A stretch of 64,000 bases of DNA from Squalus acanthias (lineage: Eukaryota), in NCBI GenBank assembly GCA_030390025.1, contig CM059429.1, positions 18,104,001 through 18,168,000 of the forward strand. The letters run 5' to 3'. Position numbers and translations under genes: made by a program. Below the pieces are notes generated by a model. The model did no database searches. It worked only from the letters and a program-made list of their open reading frames with translations, and had not been told where the DNA came from. Shown here in pieces: positions 38,455-51,263 of the stretch; the first letter of the stretch is position 1, and each line of letters starts with the position of its first letter.

Positions 38455-40439
38455 TATAAGGAATGCTAAAAGAGAGAAAAGGTAAATATACGCATATAAA
38501 CTGTTAATAAAGATAGAGTATAGATGCAAATCGATGCATGGACAGATTGGCAGAGAGAGAGAGAGAGAAGGAATGTGCGAGAGTTAGATTCATATAGATT
38601 GCACTGTTTATCAATATATCTACTTAGAAAAGCATCAAAGGTTAAAACCGGTTCTGGTTTCCTTTCTCCTTCAAAACAATAGGGAAAATATACACTTTAC
38701 TCCTCCCAATAAAAGACGATGCAATACAATGATTTGTATTTATCTTCTTTAGCAATATAAAAAGGAATCAGTTACGACATCTAACTAATTTAAATCGATA
38801 ATTTAATTGGGAACCATCAGCTATTCCAAAGATATCCAAAGCCATAGGTTTACTAGAAACCCAATACCGGTTCGCTTACTTGGGTACATACCATATTTAC
38901 TTTCCCTGTCCCCCAGAAGGTGTTTGCTTTTCAGCTAAAATACGGCTATTAGTCTTGCGGACTCAATGATTTTTAATTGGTCTGCAAAATAACGGTGGCT
39001 CACCTGGTTTCACCATCCCCACATCACAGGTTCCTTAAATAAGGACGAACCCAAACATTTTCATAGCTATCTTTCTTTATTTTCTCTCTTTCTCCTTTCT
39101 TTCTTCTTTCCTCCTCTACATCTTTCTTTCTCTATATATCTTTCTTTCTCTCGTTTTTCAGTATTTCTTTCTGTGTGCATGTATCAATGTATGCACATAA
39201 TGATGTGAGGACTAGACAGAGGAAGAGAAAGGAGAAAGTTAAATTTGAATTATACTCTATTTCTCCCTCTGTCTGTATATTGTAAAAAAAACAATCTCCA
39301 TAATATATTTCTATTATGCAATACATCTCTTTCTTTCTTTTCTCTTTCTCTCTCTCTCTATTCCATAGGCGTGTGAGACTGTCTCTGAGGAAAACTTGGT
39401 CATTAGCCATATTAACTGGACTTCAAGAGTTGCATTTTCATACAATTTTTAATAATTGAACTCTTGTCTCATATCAATAACGTTGTTTTTACTTGTTTGT
39501 GCGCTGAACGTAATCTTCTAGTGTATCTCAAACATTTGAGATAATTGGACAAAACATTGGACATGTAAATTCCAGATTCACATGAACTCTGTCCATCTTT
39601 TTGTTTTATTATATTTTCAGCCTATAACATCGCCGCTTCTTTAATCAAAGTTGGAATTAGGTTTTGAACTTGCTAATTGCAGAACTTCAATTTAATAGAG
39701 ATGTTTAATAGAGTATGTTCCAGGTAAACAGCGAAAATTGAGGTTAAATATCATTTATGAGGCGGTTTTAAACGATTCTAATTTCTTTGTGATAGATTTG
39801 AATGTTCACGTTAAGGTCGGAGACTGTAATTATGAATCATGATTAATAGAATAAAAATAATATTTTTAAAGAATAAAACAAACTAATGAATGAATTATCG
39901 TTGGATCGATTGGCAAACTGATATTTCCTTTACTGAACAAATCCCACTTTGATTGGTTTTAGACACATCAGTCAACATTTATTGTTACAACTTTCTTAGA
40001 GGACAAAAGGGTGAAGAAAATGAAAGATGAGTTTGCATGGTAGGAAAAAATTAATGATTTAACAATAGGACACTGATTTCGGAGTGCTCCCTTAGAACGA
40101 CCTATACAGTCAGCTTAAGTTTGGCGTCATAAATAAAATGGTAAAAAAAGAGCAGGTAAATGAAACTGCACACGATTTCCACACATCGGAGGTCTTGCTC
40201 TCCTGGTTCAAATTGGTACAAACTCGTTGGTGCTTGAGGACAATACCTTTGAGGCTTTCACAATTAATGTTTACAGTAAATTGGACCAGGTTTATATGAC
40301 CGCATCAGTGTAAACATTGCCCAAACACTTTCCCGGTCTGGACGCTGATCATTTAACCCTCAGGTCTAATCTACTATATCCCTTCACAGGGTCATGTTAA
40401 GTCCTGTTGCTCAAGCCCATATCGGCAAATAGTTAACGA

Positions 40440-40990
40440 ATCCGCTGCTGCTGCAGCACAGTGTCCTTCTTTTGAGTGCACAACTGATTTTCTGCAATCT
40501 GTGTTATGCACTTGGTAGGGTTATACACGTAGCAGGAGTGAAGAGAAAGTTTGCTACAGTACGAGATCTAATTAATCTGGAAAAGGCGATATTTACAATA
40601 ATGGCACTCTAGGATTTCTTGATGAGCTTCCTTAACACATAACTGGCTCAACTCTAGCTGAGAGATGGGCAGTTAACAGATTAGCATCTGCAGTGGTGAG
40701 GATAGTGATAATGAGTGGAGAGCCATACACTTAACAGAAATGGCTGCCATAAAATGAGCAGGGAAACGTGTTGGCTATAAACCATTTCTATCTCCAATCA
40801 ATCAAGCCATTTATTATATATCTCCCATATTTATATCTAGTGGAGTAAGTTTCCCCCATGTATGGCAGGACATCAGAGCCACAGCGCGCATCATAAATAT
40901 CACCTGTATAAATATCACTAGTATAAATATCACTAGTGAAACCGACAGACTTGATTTAGATAGAAAAATAAGCAGATTTTTAAATGCTGC
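40440..40990. promoter_or_regulatory. Candidate conserved non-coding element/enhancer
   Basis: TAATTAAT, ACAAT, CCATAAAA, ATCAATCA and triplicated ATAAATA motifs in unique sequence. Confidence 0.38.
40893..40937 (+). repeat. 15-bp tandem repeat x3 (ATAAATATCACYWGT)
   Basis: ataaatatcacctgt-ataaatatcactagt-ataaatatcactagt. Confidence 0.92.
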
Positions 40991-43900
40991 ACCTCTGTGA
41001 CTTATTTTCACCAAAGCAAAATATTTTCTAACGAAAACCCCGATGCTGTATGTATTTATTTCAAGTGAACATCATACATTTCCCCAAATGCATTAACTCT
41101 TCAAAGCCTAAAAAGGTTTTTATTTTAGTGAAACAATTTGCCACACTTTCCCTTATGTATACACACACACACAGAAAACATTACAGAGCACAAAGCGGCT
41201 AAGTTATGAAAAGGACGCATGAATCATGGCTCCATTTATAGCGCATTCACACAGTCCTGAAAAGATTAATATTCGCTTTAAAAATCACTGACACACTTGA
41301 CCCCGATAAGGTCAGTCGCCAACAAAACTTCAAGTGATTTGGATCAAGACTGAATTGACTTCAATAATTGATTGGAACTTTTTAAAAGACATTCTAACAC
41401 GATGCGTGTCTGTGGTGACCTCTTTAAAAAAAAGGGCCGTGGGGGTGGGGCTGACTTATCTCCAAAAAGTGAGTGAGGAAATGTTAAGATTTATTAGATT
41501 CCGTTACATGAAAGGGTTCTTTTCATTTTGTACCGAGCTCTAGACGCCATTGAAGCATGCCAGGTAGCACATGTGCACACAGAGCCGATTGCTTTTTACT
41601 GTGGATCCGGAGGCTGCGCCCTGTCACCGGGGAGCCCAGCAACAGGGGGAGAAAGCACACCAAACGCCTCAAGGAACTGCAGTGACTTAACCAACTTTCT
41701 CCCCCCCCCCCCCCCCCCCCACTCTTTTTTTATTTTGTATTTTCTGACCTCGGGCAATAAACAATGCTAAGATCCTGTTAATCGATGAAGCAAAGCAGTG
41801 TGTTACAGACTAAACATGCGCTCGCTGCTTTTTTTTAATAGACGCATTTGGGAGAGTTCCATGGCGGGTTGCATCAGAAGTCAGGATTGGAAGTGCACCG
41901 AAGGCGATAAAACGGCCAGTCGTGTTTATTTTGGCGTCCTTAGTGCTTAGTTAAAGTGGGGGATGAAATATCAACAGCTAACTCAAGTATTGTACTTCAG
42001 GAAGGGGCTTTGGACTTTGATGGTGTCCAGTTGGGTGGAGTAACTATCTGGGAAACGTGCCTCTAAAAGCAGCCACTTGTTTTATGGTTATAACTTGAAA
42101 AAATATACTTAGCACCAACTAAAGATATATTGAGTTCCACATTTTCATCACGCAGGGTTGTATGATTTAGTTTCAAATAAACAAACGCAATAAATACACT
42201 CAAATCTCTCGCCACCTTCAGACAGAACCAAGATAACTTCACTGAGACCAACTTTTCAGAAGTTATTTGACTGAAGGAGCATCACATTCAAGATTCGGTG
42301 GCATAAAATATTTGTTGAGGAGAAAGGGAAGGGGAGGGAGGGGGAGGCTCGTTAGCGCCTTGGTTATTTTTCATTGACTGCTTTCCCCCTTTTTAGCTTC
42401 ACAGATCAAAAGGAAGAAAAAAAAAGTTGGCGACCCGAAGATGTACATTGTTAGAATGACAAGCTGACGATCCCCCAGAGAAGCCGCGAGAGAATGCTTC
42501 CTCCATCGGAAGTGGCTGCATAGCAAGCGAAAACTCACTTTTCAAGCTCTTGAAAGTCATTGTCTTTCGGGCTTACCATACAGTAGATTGTCATGGCAAC
42601 GCAACCTGCTGGTGTTACAAAGAGTTTAAAATGTTGAAAGGCAGCTGAACTGACTAGAGTAAAGAGCAACAGAATAAACAGTATTTTGATTCATTTCGAG
42701 GGTTACAAAAAAAAAGCCGGCCATGAATACCGGCATTGTCCATGCTTTTCTAAATCTGATTCACCATATCATAACCCCTAGGAAGAAGAAAACATCAATA
42801 TCGCGAAAGGAAAGAAGATGTTTCTATGGAAAACCTAGGAATTTACTCCATAACAGATCTGGTGAAAAATCAAAGAGATCAAAGCGAACGCTCCTGGGAG
42901 TTAGATGCGGCTCTGAATCAAAGATGTACGAGGTGGACTCCAAAGTGCTTGGCTTCATTTCAAGTCTGAATCCCAATTTCAAGGGAAATGCTGTCGAAAC
43001 TTCACCCCCCCAAATCAGTCAAAACCAACACTTCAGCAGGTGCTGATGAAGGCATAAACATCGCATCAGTCTGGCCAATGTGCATGCATGACATTCAAAT
43101 AACAGTGTTAGAGCCCGTACATTATTACTACTTTGTTCTGCAAATGCATATTAATGAAAAAGAGAAAAAACAAAACAAAACGACACATTCCCCAGACACC
43201 ACTGCAGTTAAAGCATAACAATATAACAGGAGTACTGTACTGTAACTTTAAAAAAGAGTAAGTAACATTCTTATCCTTATCAATTGTAAAAACACGGGAA
43301 TATACAGGATCTATACTTGTTAGTGCAACTGGCGGGATCTATATTTAGCATTCATTATTGTGTATTGCATTCCTAACTGAAACCTTTCCCCAGTGACCAT
43401 TAAAAGTGTTTTCATTTCTAAAAGTTATGCTATTGACACAGAAGCATTGTGCTTTATTGAGTTTGAGCCTGCAGGTCTGGCATATTTGGAAAACTAATCA
43501 AAGGAGTGGATTCTTTTGACATCTGGTACAATCTGGATTTATTTTATATGATATATAAAATGTTTTCCACTATTAATAACTATAAAACAAAAATAAAAGT
43601 GGACGTGATTATTGTCCGGCCAAGTTCAGCTTTTCAATAACTTACGAGGAAAGATAATACCGACAGTATAACACTTTTGAACCTGATCTTACAAAAAATT
43701 GGGAAACAATACAACCAATTACGGTCTGGCTGGAAGGTCCAAAGAGCGTGGAGAGATCCCGAAAGGGGCGGCACTCTGTGTGGTATCTTCTACATGATAC
43801 AGAAAGTTTACCCAAATCAAAAGTTGATAATTTTCATAAAATTCAAGGAAAACGATGAAAAATGCTAGCAGTAATAGTGCAGCAAGGACAACAACAAACG

Positions 43901-44419
43901 CATAATCAACAGTGTCGTCACCGTTTTGAGAGAGTAAAACATTCTTTCCAAGCAAAGACGAACCATTCGTAAAAGGGGTTAGGGTATCTTTACTTAAAAC
44001 CACCTCTTGTATAGGGCTAGACGATTACTATTTTAAAACGATTCGAAAATTAAATTTGACGTATTTGAAACTCTTACTAGATGGTTTCTTAATTGTATTT
44101 TGAATATTTCCAATTGTTGTTTAGGTCATTGCAAACCGTGATAAACAATTACTGGAAACTTCCAGAAAGACTGTGCAAGTGGACACGACGTGCACAACAT
44201 TTTTTCTTTTATGCGTCTATCTATAGATATAAGAAAACTAGATAGATTAGAGATATGATCATGTTGAGCTCTACTTGCTGCTTGCGAAGATGTATTTTCA
44301 ACAGATTTGCCGTGGTAGAGTTAGTTTGTGGTATATCTCTAGTACAGATTAGGTAGGCCGACAAGGGATACTATATCTTATTTTAAGGGTGTTGGATAAG
44401 TGTATGTATAAGAAACAAG

Positions 44420-44800
44420 TGTTACTTGCAGGTCAGAAAGAGAGCCCTAAGTAAACACGGTTCACAGAAGTCTAAACCCTTTGTGGTGCATGTGCAGCTG
44501 GCCAGCCTCTCATTGTCCTGAACTAGACCAAGTGGAAGATCCCTGCTGAACCGCACCAACTGAATGCACAAAAAACAGATTGGGATGTTCTGCATGCATG
44601 GGCAACATTGCGGTCCAGAATCCTCCCTTTCCCCCCCGCTCCTTTTGGAGGGATGACACTCCAGACATTTTCTGACAATCACAAAAGCATGGCCTGCTTT
44701 AGAATGGATTTTGAGCAAAAAAAAAGAGGGTGAGAAAAGAATCAAGTTGATAAAAGCCCCAAAAGAAAGGCCGGCCTGGACAATAGGAAAGGAAGTAAAA
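44420..44800. promoter_or_regulatory. Candidate conserved non-coding element/enhancer
   Basis: FOX GTAAACA at 44451, SOX CTTTGT at 44479 and CATTGT at 44511, E-box CAGCTG at 44495, ZIC-like CCCTGCTG at 44541. Confidence 0.35.
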
Positions 44801-47800
44801 GACAGAAGTAAAAGGGGAGGCAAGAATTATCTTGTTAAACAGTAGTTCTTTTTGTCCCAAGTTGTCTCTGTGAAAGTTGGTAGCAGTATCATGACACAAA
44901 AAACAAGCATGGACCCACACCAATTTCAATCAAGGATCATGAGCTTTTAAAAGCCTTGATGGCTTATTTAGGTGACAGAAAAATTAAGGGAAGCTTAAAT
45001 GACTTTGAAAGGTTACACGGGACGCTTTGAATTGCAGCTCTTCAAAAACACTTGTGCTGCTGGAGTTGACTCAAATTGAATAAATGGTAAACATGAAGTA
45101 AAAAGGAATGAAAAGCTAGTTAAAAAGAGACAAAAACAAGTAGACAATGATAAGCAAAGACCACACGGTAACCCAGCTGTTGTCTGATGGATTGTTTAAG
45201 ACACGAATAAGCAACAAAAAAAAGTGAGTAGCGACAGAAACGTGATCACAAACCGACTCAGTATTTAGAAACAGAAAATGCGCCAACTTCCTGTCTCCTG
45301 TGTTCGGAACTTTAATGTAGAAGTTTTCAGATATGAATAAAAAAAACGAATACAACGTCCAATTAGTCGAATTGTTAAAAAAAACGAGGAAATGCAGCCT
45401 TTGTTGAGTTGTAACTGGGGGGGGGGGGGGGGGGCTCGGTTTTTCCAGCCTTTTACCGATTTAGTGAAAACAGAATGCGTTTGATGTAGGAGAGAAAGTT
45501 ACCAGTAAGAATAAAACAAACAGATTGCAGACTAAACCTACACAGTGCACAAAGAACACAACGTAAAGTAAATCTAGGCTAAAGCTTGTGCCTAATACAC
45601 AAACACATTTTGTGCTAAATCTAAACAGTTGTCTAATAAAAGTGAGAGATTCTTCACCCCACTTGGACTCTAAATAATCTTAGATGATAAAGCTAATTTA
45701 AATTGGTCCCATTTAATTATTTAGAGTGTTTTAGTTACAATCCTTTCTTCAGCATGAGTTAGGATTTAAAACAGAAGGGCGGGATTCGTTTTAAATATTT
45801 AGTAGTTAAAACAACTAGTTACATAAATGTAGAAAAAAACCCAATCTGAGTATTTTTGGTAGCCGTTTTGTTTTATTGTGTCTTCATGGAAATCTGCCGT
45901 TGGTAAATTCCCGTCCTGATATACCGGTTTCTAGTCTATCCCCGAGTATCTGAGCATTTCTGACCTCCTGAAACTATTCTTCGGGGTCCAAAATGTACAA
46001 AACTTCCGTTTAAAAAAAAATCCTGCGTGAATATGGCCCTATTGTGCTGGTTAGAATGGGTAATAAACCTATGGTGATGGGCATTCAGTCATATTCACTT
46101 GATTTGTGAAATGAATGTGTTGCAACAAAAAGCCAGAAAGACTTCTGAATTTTCGCGGTTGTTAAGAGAACCGTGCAAACGGTTTGCATAGCCTTTAGCA
46201 ACAAAAAAAGATGCCTTCACCTATTTAATTTTCAATGGACAGCGTGGGTTTGAATACTTTTGTGGCATAATAATTCTTAAAATAAAAGTAGATTGAATTG
46301 AGTTACAGCGTTTGGAATACTTGTTTTTATATCTTTTAGCCCGGTCTTTGGTATGTGCCTGCAGCAGATGAATGGAAAGCGAGGTCCAGAAATAAAAGGA
46401 AAGGTATGTGAAGAATGTTGCAAAATGCAAAACCTTCTTTCGGGTTGGTAAACTATGCTTCACCGTTTCTAATTACTTTTGGTATTGGCAATTAAATTCA
46501 AAGTTATTGACCAGAAGGTAATGTATACCTTGAAGACATATGGCTTGAAGAACCCTTTTCAGTTCTGGCGGTTGCAGCAAATACTGCAGACTACTTTGCC
46601 TCTATTTTTCTCCCAAATGTAGCTCTGGAATGTGAAAAGTCTCAAAAATCTTTGGGGAAAAAAAGGTGCAGTTTTTTGGATGCATTTTGCATTTTAACAT
46701 CCATGTTGGATGTATTCCACAAAACGATAGAGTTGATGTAAATGCTGCAAAATGTGAATATAAGCACATCTGTAATCTTTTGGTAGGGATGTTTGCGTAG
46801 GGATTTGATCGGGTATTTGTACCTTGTAATCACTTCAGATATCTGTTGCTTCATGATAATGAACTTTCCATTATCACTTTATAAACTTACACTGATTAGG
46901 AATCATTAATCCTTCAGTCAGGATGTCATCAAGTCTCAACTACATAGATTATCCTGTTCCATGATGTCTGCCACGAAACCTTTGCTGGATTAAGTATAAA
47001 CCATAAATAAAGTAAAATTCCTCCCACAAAATCTATCATTAAAAAAAAGCATTTAAAAAGAATCAGTAATCTTATCAAGGTGTGGTGGTGCTTGTAATGC
47101 ATTCAAATATTGCTCTGAAGCTTTATGATGCCATATGAATTTACTAATGAGATTGTCTTGTAATCACTCATGGATATTTTATTCTATGTATGGTAATATA
47201 TTTTTATATCTAGGCTTATCAAACTAGAAAGAACTAAAACAAGATGAAATGCTTACGGTGACATTCATGTCAATTCACCAAAAATTTGTGTTAAGATTTA
47301 AACTTTAGTGCCAGTTTATTTTTCTGCAATGGTTTGAGTGTAAATTACATTTGAATGCAGTAAAAACACATACTGTTTAATTTCTAAAAACAACTTCTAT
47401 GCTAATTTAAAATGTATACTACTATAATGTTTGTAGACATAGCTGATCATCAAATTATTGGAAAATACAATTATTTAGCTGTTTCCTCAAAGTGCAGGTG
47501 CATTTTGTCCAGTTTCAACAACATGTTATGCAATTTATCACTATAACAGTACAGATCGTATGCTGAGTGAGGAGGCAGAAAGTTGAATAAAAAATGTGAT
47601 AGGTGAGTACCTTAACTATATTGGCTCACCTGTTCCAGAGTAATAATTACATAATCTAGCTGTTAGTAGGTAGTTAGGATGGAGGATGGGGAGTGTTCTT
47701 TAAACCAATACTGTGGTCAAAATGTAAACAACATTCATAGATTGTGGTAGGGATTGATATGCAATCAGTGGCCAATCAAGTCAGAGAATTTTAGTGACCT

Positions 47801-48734
47801 CCTCTAACATTAGGTCCATACTTCAAAAACTGTTGCTTAGAAGGACATCTTAAATAATTACTTTCCCCACCAATTTGGTTTGTGATTCAAAAACCAAAAA
47901 CAGTGGGCGTTAATGCATTACAAAAGCTCACATCCATAAAACAATCATTATCTACTAATGACAATGATGAACTTTCCAACATAGTTTGCGCTGGAATAGG
48001 GGACTGAGAGCAGATTAAAGCAGGAGGCATAGCTAAGTGCTTTCATCAGTTAAAAGTCCCTAGTTCCAGCATCAAACATGACAGAAAATTCACCAACTCC
48101 ATTAGTAGACAGTGGTCATTCTAAGGACGCAGATTTTTATTATGGTTTCAAAAGTGTTGCTTCTGCCAATCAAATCACTCATTTTATTCAATGCACATAG
48201 CAATTTGCTTTGCCACAGTTATTCAAAATCTTGAGAAACTGATTATTTAAAATGTAATTCTAAAGAATTATATTAATGTATTGATTGGAAATGATCTAAA
48301 CAGCATCCAACCCAACATTAAACAACCAAATACAGCTCCATCTGATATATCTCAAGACAACACAACAAAAACAACATTGCACAACCCAATGCAAGTATAT
48401 AGTGAAATGTAAGAGGTGAATGTGTGCAACATGTAAAGTGATATACTTTGTCAATGAGTAACTATTAGTAATGATCATAATTGGCTCATGTTTTGAACTA
48501 TGGAATAAAAGCATGAAAATATTTTAGTTGTTTGTAAAGATAAACCCAGTGACCTAATGGTACATTGTGTTGGTATACCACTGGTGGGATGCAGATTCAC
48601 ATCCATGATCCCCAACATCTTGAGTTCCTCATTTAAGCTGGATCATCCTGGATAAATCATACAGTTAAAGCAAGGTAGTGCAGTGTTTATGTTACTGGAC
48701 TAGTGTTCCAGAATGCTGAATTGAGTGGAATTGA

Positions 48735-49030
48735 GCATATAGACCAGACAACGCCAGGTTTGATTCCCTATCTGCACTGAAAGTTGCTGATCTTCATCAT
48801 GTGGCAGTAGGAATGCTACAATTGGCTTCAGCACGCCATGACCAGGGAGCGAAAAATTAACTAGGGTTCAACTCCTGCACCCTTTCCAGTAACCCCTGTT
48901 GTTTGCACGTGGATGCCAGGTAGGGATCAAGCTCAACAGTGTTGTTCCCACTGTCAAAATATCATTCTAACACTCACTACTCAGCTCACACATGAAGAAT
49001 GGCCTCTTGGGTGGGATACCACAGGGAGCC
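48735..49030 (+). mobile_element. Degenerate tRNA-derived SINE
   Basis: B-box-like GGTTTGATTCCC at 48757. It shares blocks with the reverse complement of 62345-62740 (cacacatgaagaa[t/c]ggc, ggcttcagca). Confidence 0.6.
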
Positions 49031-49151
49031 CAGAGCCTGAGGAATCATTACCCCATCCTGATCCAGTGCCTTCAATACAGGAAGGGAGAAATTGCATGAT
49101 GAGAATAAAGGCACATACATTTCTGCCACACACCCCAAGAACAAACGTAAT

Positions 49152-49403
49152 GGATAGATTTTCCCATTCCTGCACCTGGGTTTATTAAATCACCTGAGTG
49201 CAGTGTATAGAGGATATCTGTCAGGGGGGATCGCACACTCGTAAAGGAGCCTGCCTGATTTTCCAACCATTGATTTAAATGGATGGAGAATTGTAGGGGT
49301 GGGGTTACCTTACGGGTACATGATCCTCTCCAGCTTATTTTCCCCTAAGCCCTGTGCCCAGGTGATCCCATATACTCAAGTGCAGGAACAGGAAAATCTA
49401 CCC
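49152..49403. mobile_element. Palindromic MITE (non-autonomous DNA transposon)
   Basis: 13-bp TIRs GGATAGATTTTCC / GGAAAATCTACCC with 1 mismatch, TAAT on both flanks, and an internal hairpin centred on ccatt-gattta-aatgg (49267-49282). Confidence 0.7.
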
Positions 49404-50589
49404 TAATAAAAATGTCAGCCATTAGTCCCTCACTCAAGGCTGCCATAATATACTTCCTCATATTGAACGCATAAATTAAGATTCTTTTGCAGTTATATAT
49501 AAAAAAATGATTATCAGCCACACAACACATGTATAATACTTTTGAAATAATTATACTGTGATACTGTACATGGATTGACACCAATGTTCTAATAACACAA
49601 TTCAGTGCAAAGTATTTGACCTGGCAGGCTGTGGTACTCGCACTTAATGATGGATGTACTTTCCTTCTCAGAGGCCATGAAATTACCTTGTGCTAAGCGT
49701 TTCTATGAAATTCTTTTGTTCATTATTTTAACAGAGGTATTAATATGTTTAATTCGGATAATTTGTTCTTTTAAAAAAAAAAAATTGTATTTAAACAATG
49801 CAGATGGCACCTTAGAGAAATTAATGTGCCTGAGAGTGTAAGAAGCATAAACCTGTGAGTATAGTTTAAATGACATTATAACTAAAACACTCAGGGATTG
49901 ATGGTTCATAAGTATTTAACGATGTTAATGCAGCTTCATCACACTGTTGAGTTAAGTCACTCCTAGAGACCAGCTCCAATATTCTGTCTCACATCCAGAG
50001 CTGTACAAATGCAACAAGACATATCAGCCTGCATTTTTTGATCAGTGTTTTTTTAATGGTGGTGGTAACCCATTTATTTTGAAGTGCAAGTCATTGGCAT
50101 TAAAATAGCACTTATTGGAAAATCCAGCTCTGTTATCTGAAATGATGATATGGAGAATTCAGCTCTCCATCTTTCCTTGTTGACTGTAGTCATGGTGCTC
50201 CCAAAGATGTGATCCTGTGATAAACATAGAGTTGAAGGGTGCTGCAAATTGTTTGTGTTACTGCAAATTGCTCATTCCAACAGTGCTAAACTTGCATTGT
50301 GAGTCTGGATCTATACGGCTTCAGAGCAGAATGAGACTCCCTGGCTTCGGTTTGACATCCCATGTAGGATAAATCCACTGTGGTGTCAAATCTGGTTTAC
50401 AAAGTGCCCAGGTGGTCCATTGGATCTTCTGGGCACATATTAAATTTACGTTACCTCAATTTAAATGTATAAAGGGCAGGGATCCTTCCTCTCCTACTCT
50501 AAACATGCAAATTTACAACTATTAGGAGAGAACTCTGTTCAGATGTATAATCAACCCACCTGATGGGAATGGTGCTGTCTTGTGGGAAG

Positions 50590-51263
50590 GGGGGTGGAGG
50601 TTAAGATGACGGGGATGGTGGTTCGTGCCACGTTCCCGATGCATTCCCACATCCCACCATTTTAACTAGCCTGAAATCAGGCATGGGAAGGCCACCTGCC
50701 TCAGAGCATCGAGGGCTTAATTTAAATGGTGAAGTCATGTAGCAGTGACATCATATGGACAGGCTCACCATTTTAATCACAGGCCTAACTAAAGCCCACA
50801 CGGTTTCAAACCCTCCAGCTGGCAGCAAGCAGGATCCAGGGCACAGGAGACCCAAGTATGCACATTTGTTTTGTTCACTTTTACTGGTTCCTTGTGGGCC
50901 AGGAGAAGCAGGGGTGCTCCTCCTGGCCCCACAAGCATACCTTGGATCTCCCCTGCCCCAGGCTTCCCCCAACCCCCACCCCCTCCCCGATCATGAACTT
51001 ACCGACCAGCCCCAGTTCTTTACTTACCTTGCCACGGACCATTTCTGTAGGTTCTCAAAGACAGACTCACCAGGAATTCTGACTCCTGCTCGCTGGTGGT
51101 GATGCCATTCTCACTGGTTTCCAGCGGGAGCCAGAGTCAGAGCATGTAAATGAAGCCCGGGAGTTAAAATCATGATCTGGGGGGGGGGTGGGCGGCTGGA
51201 CGGTTTGCCACTCACTTTGCCCCCCTTGCACATCTGATTCCTGCTTTGAGTTAAAATCGGGGC
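50590..51263. mobile_element. Probable old GC-rich MITE/DNA-transposon remnant
   Basis: GC-rich patch in AT-rich background with attttaac near the left end and gttaaaatc (51163, 51250) near the right end. The left boundary is uncertain. Confidence 0.35.

Noticed and set aside
48674-48770. tRNA gene
   Set aside because: Only decayed A/B-box-like motifs of SINE heads are present and no cloverleaf could be built.
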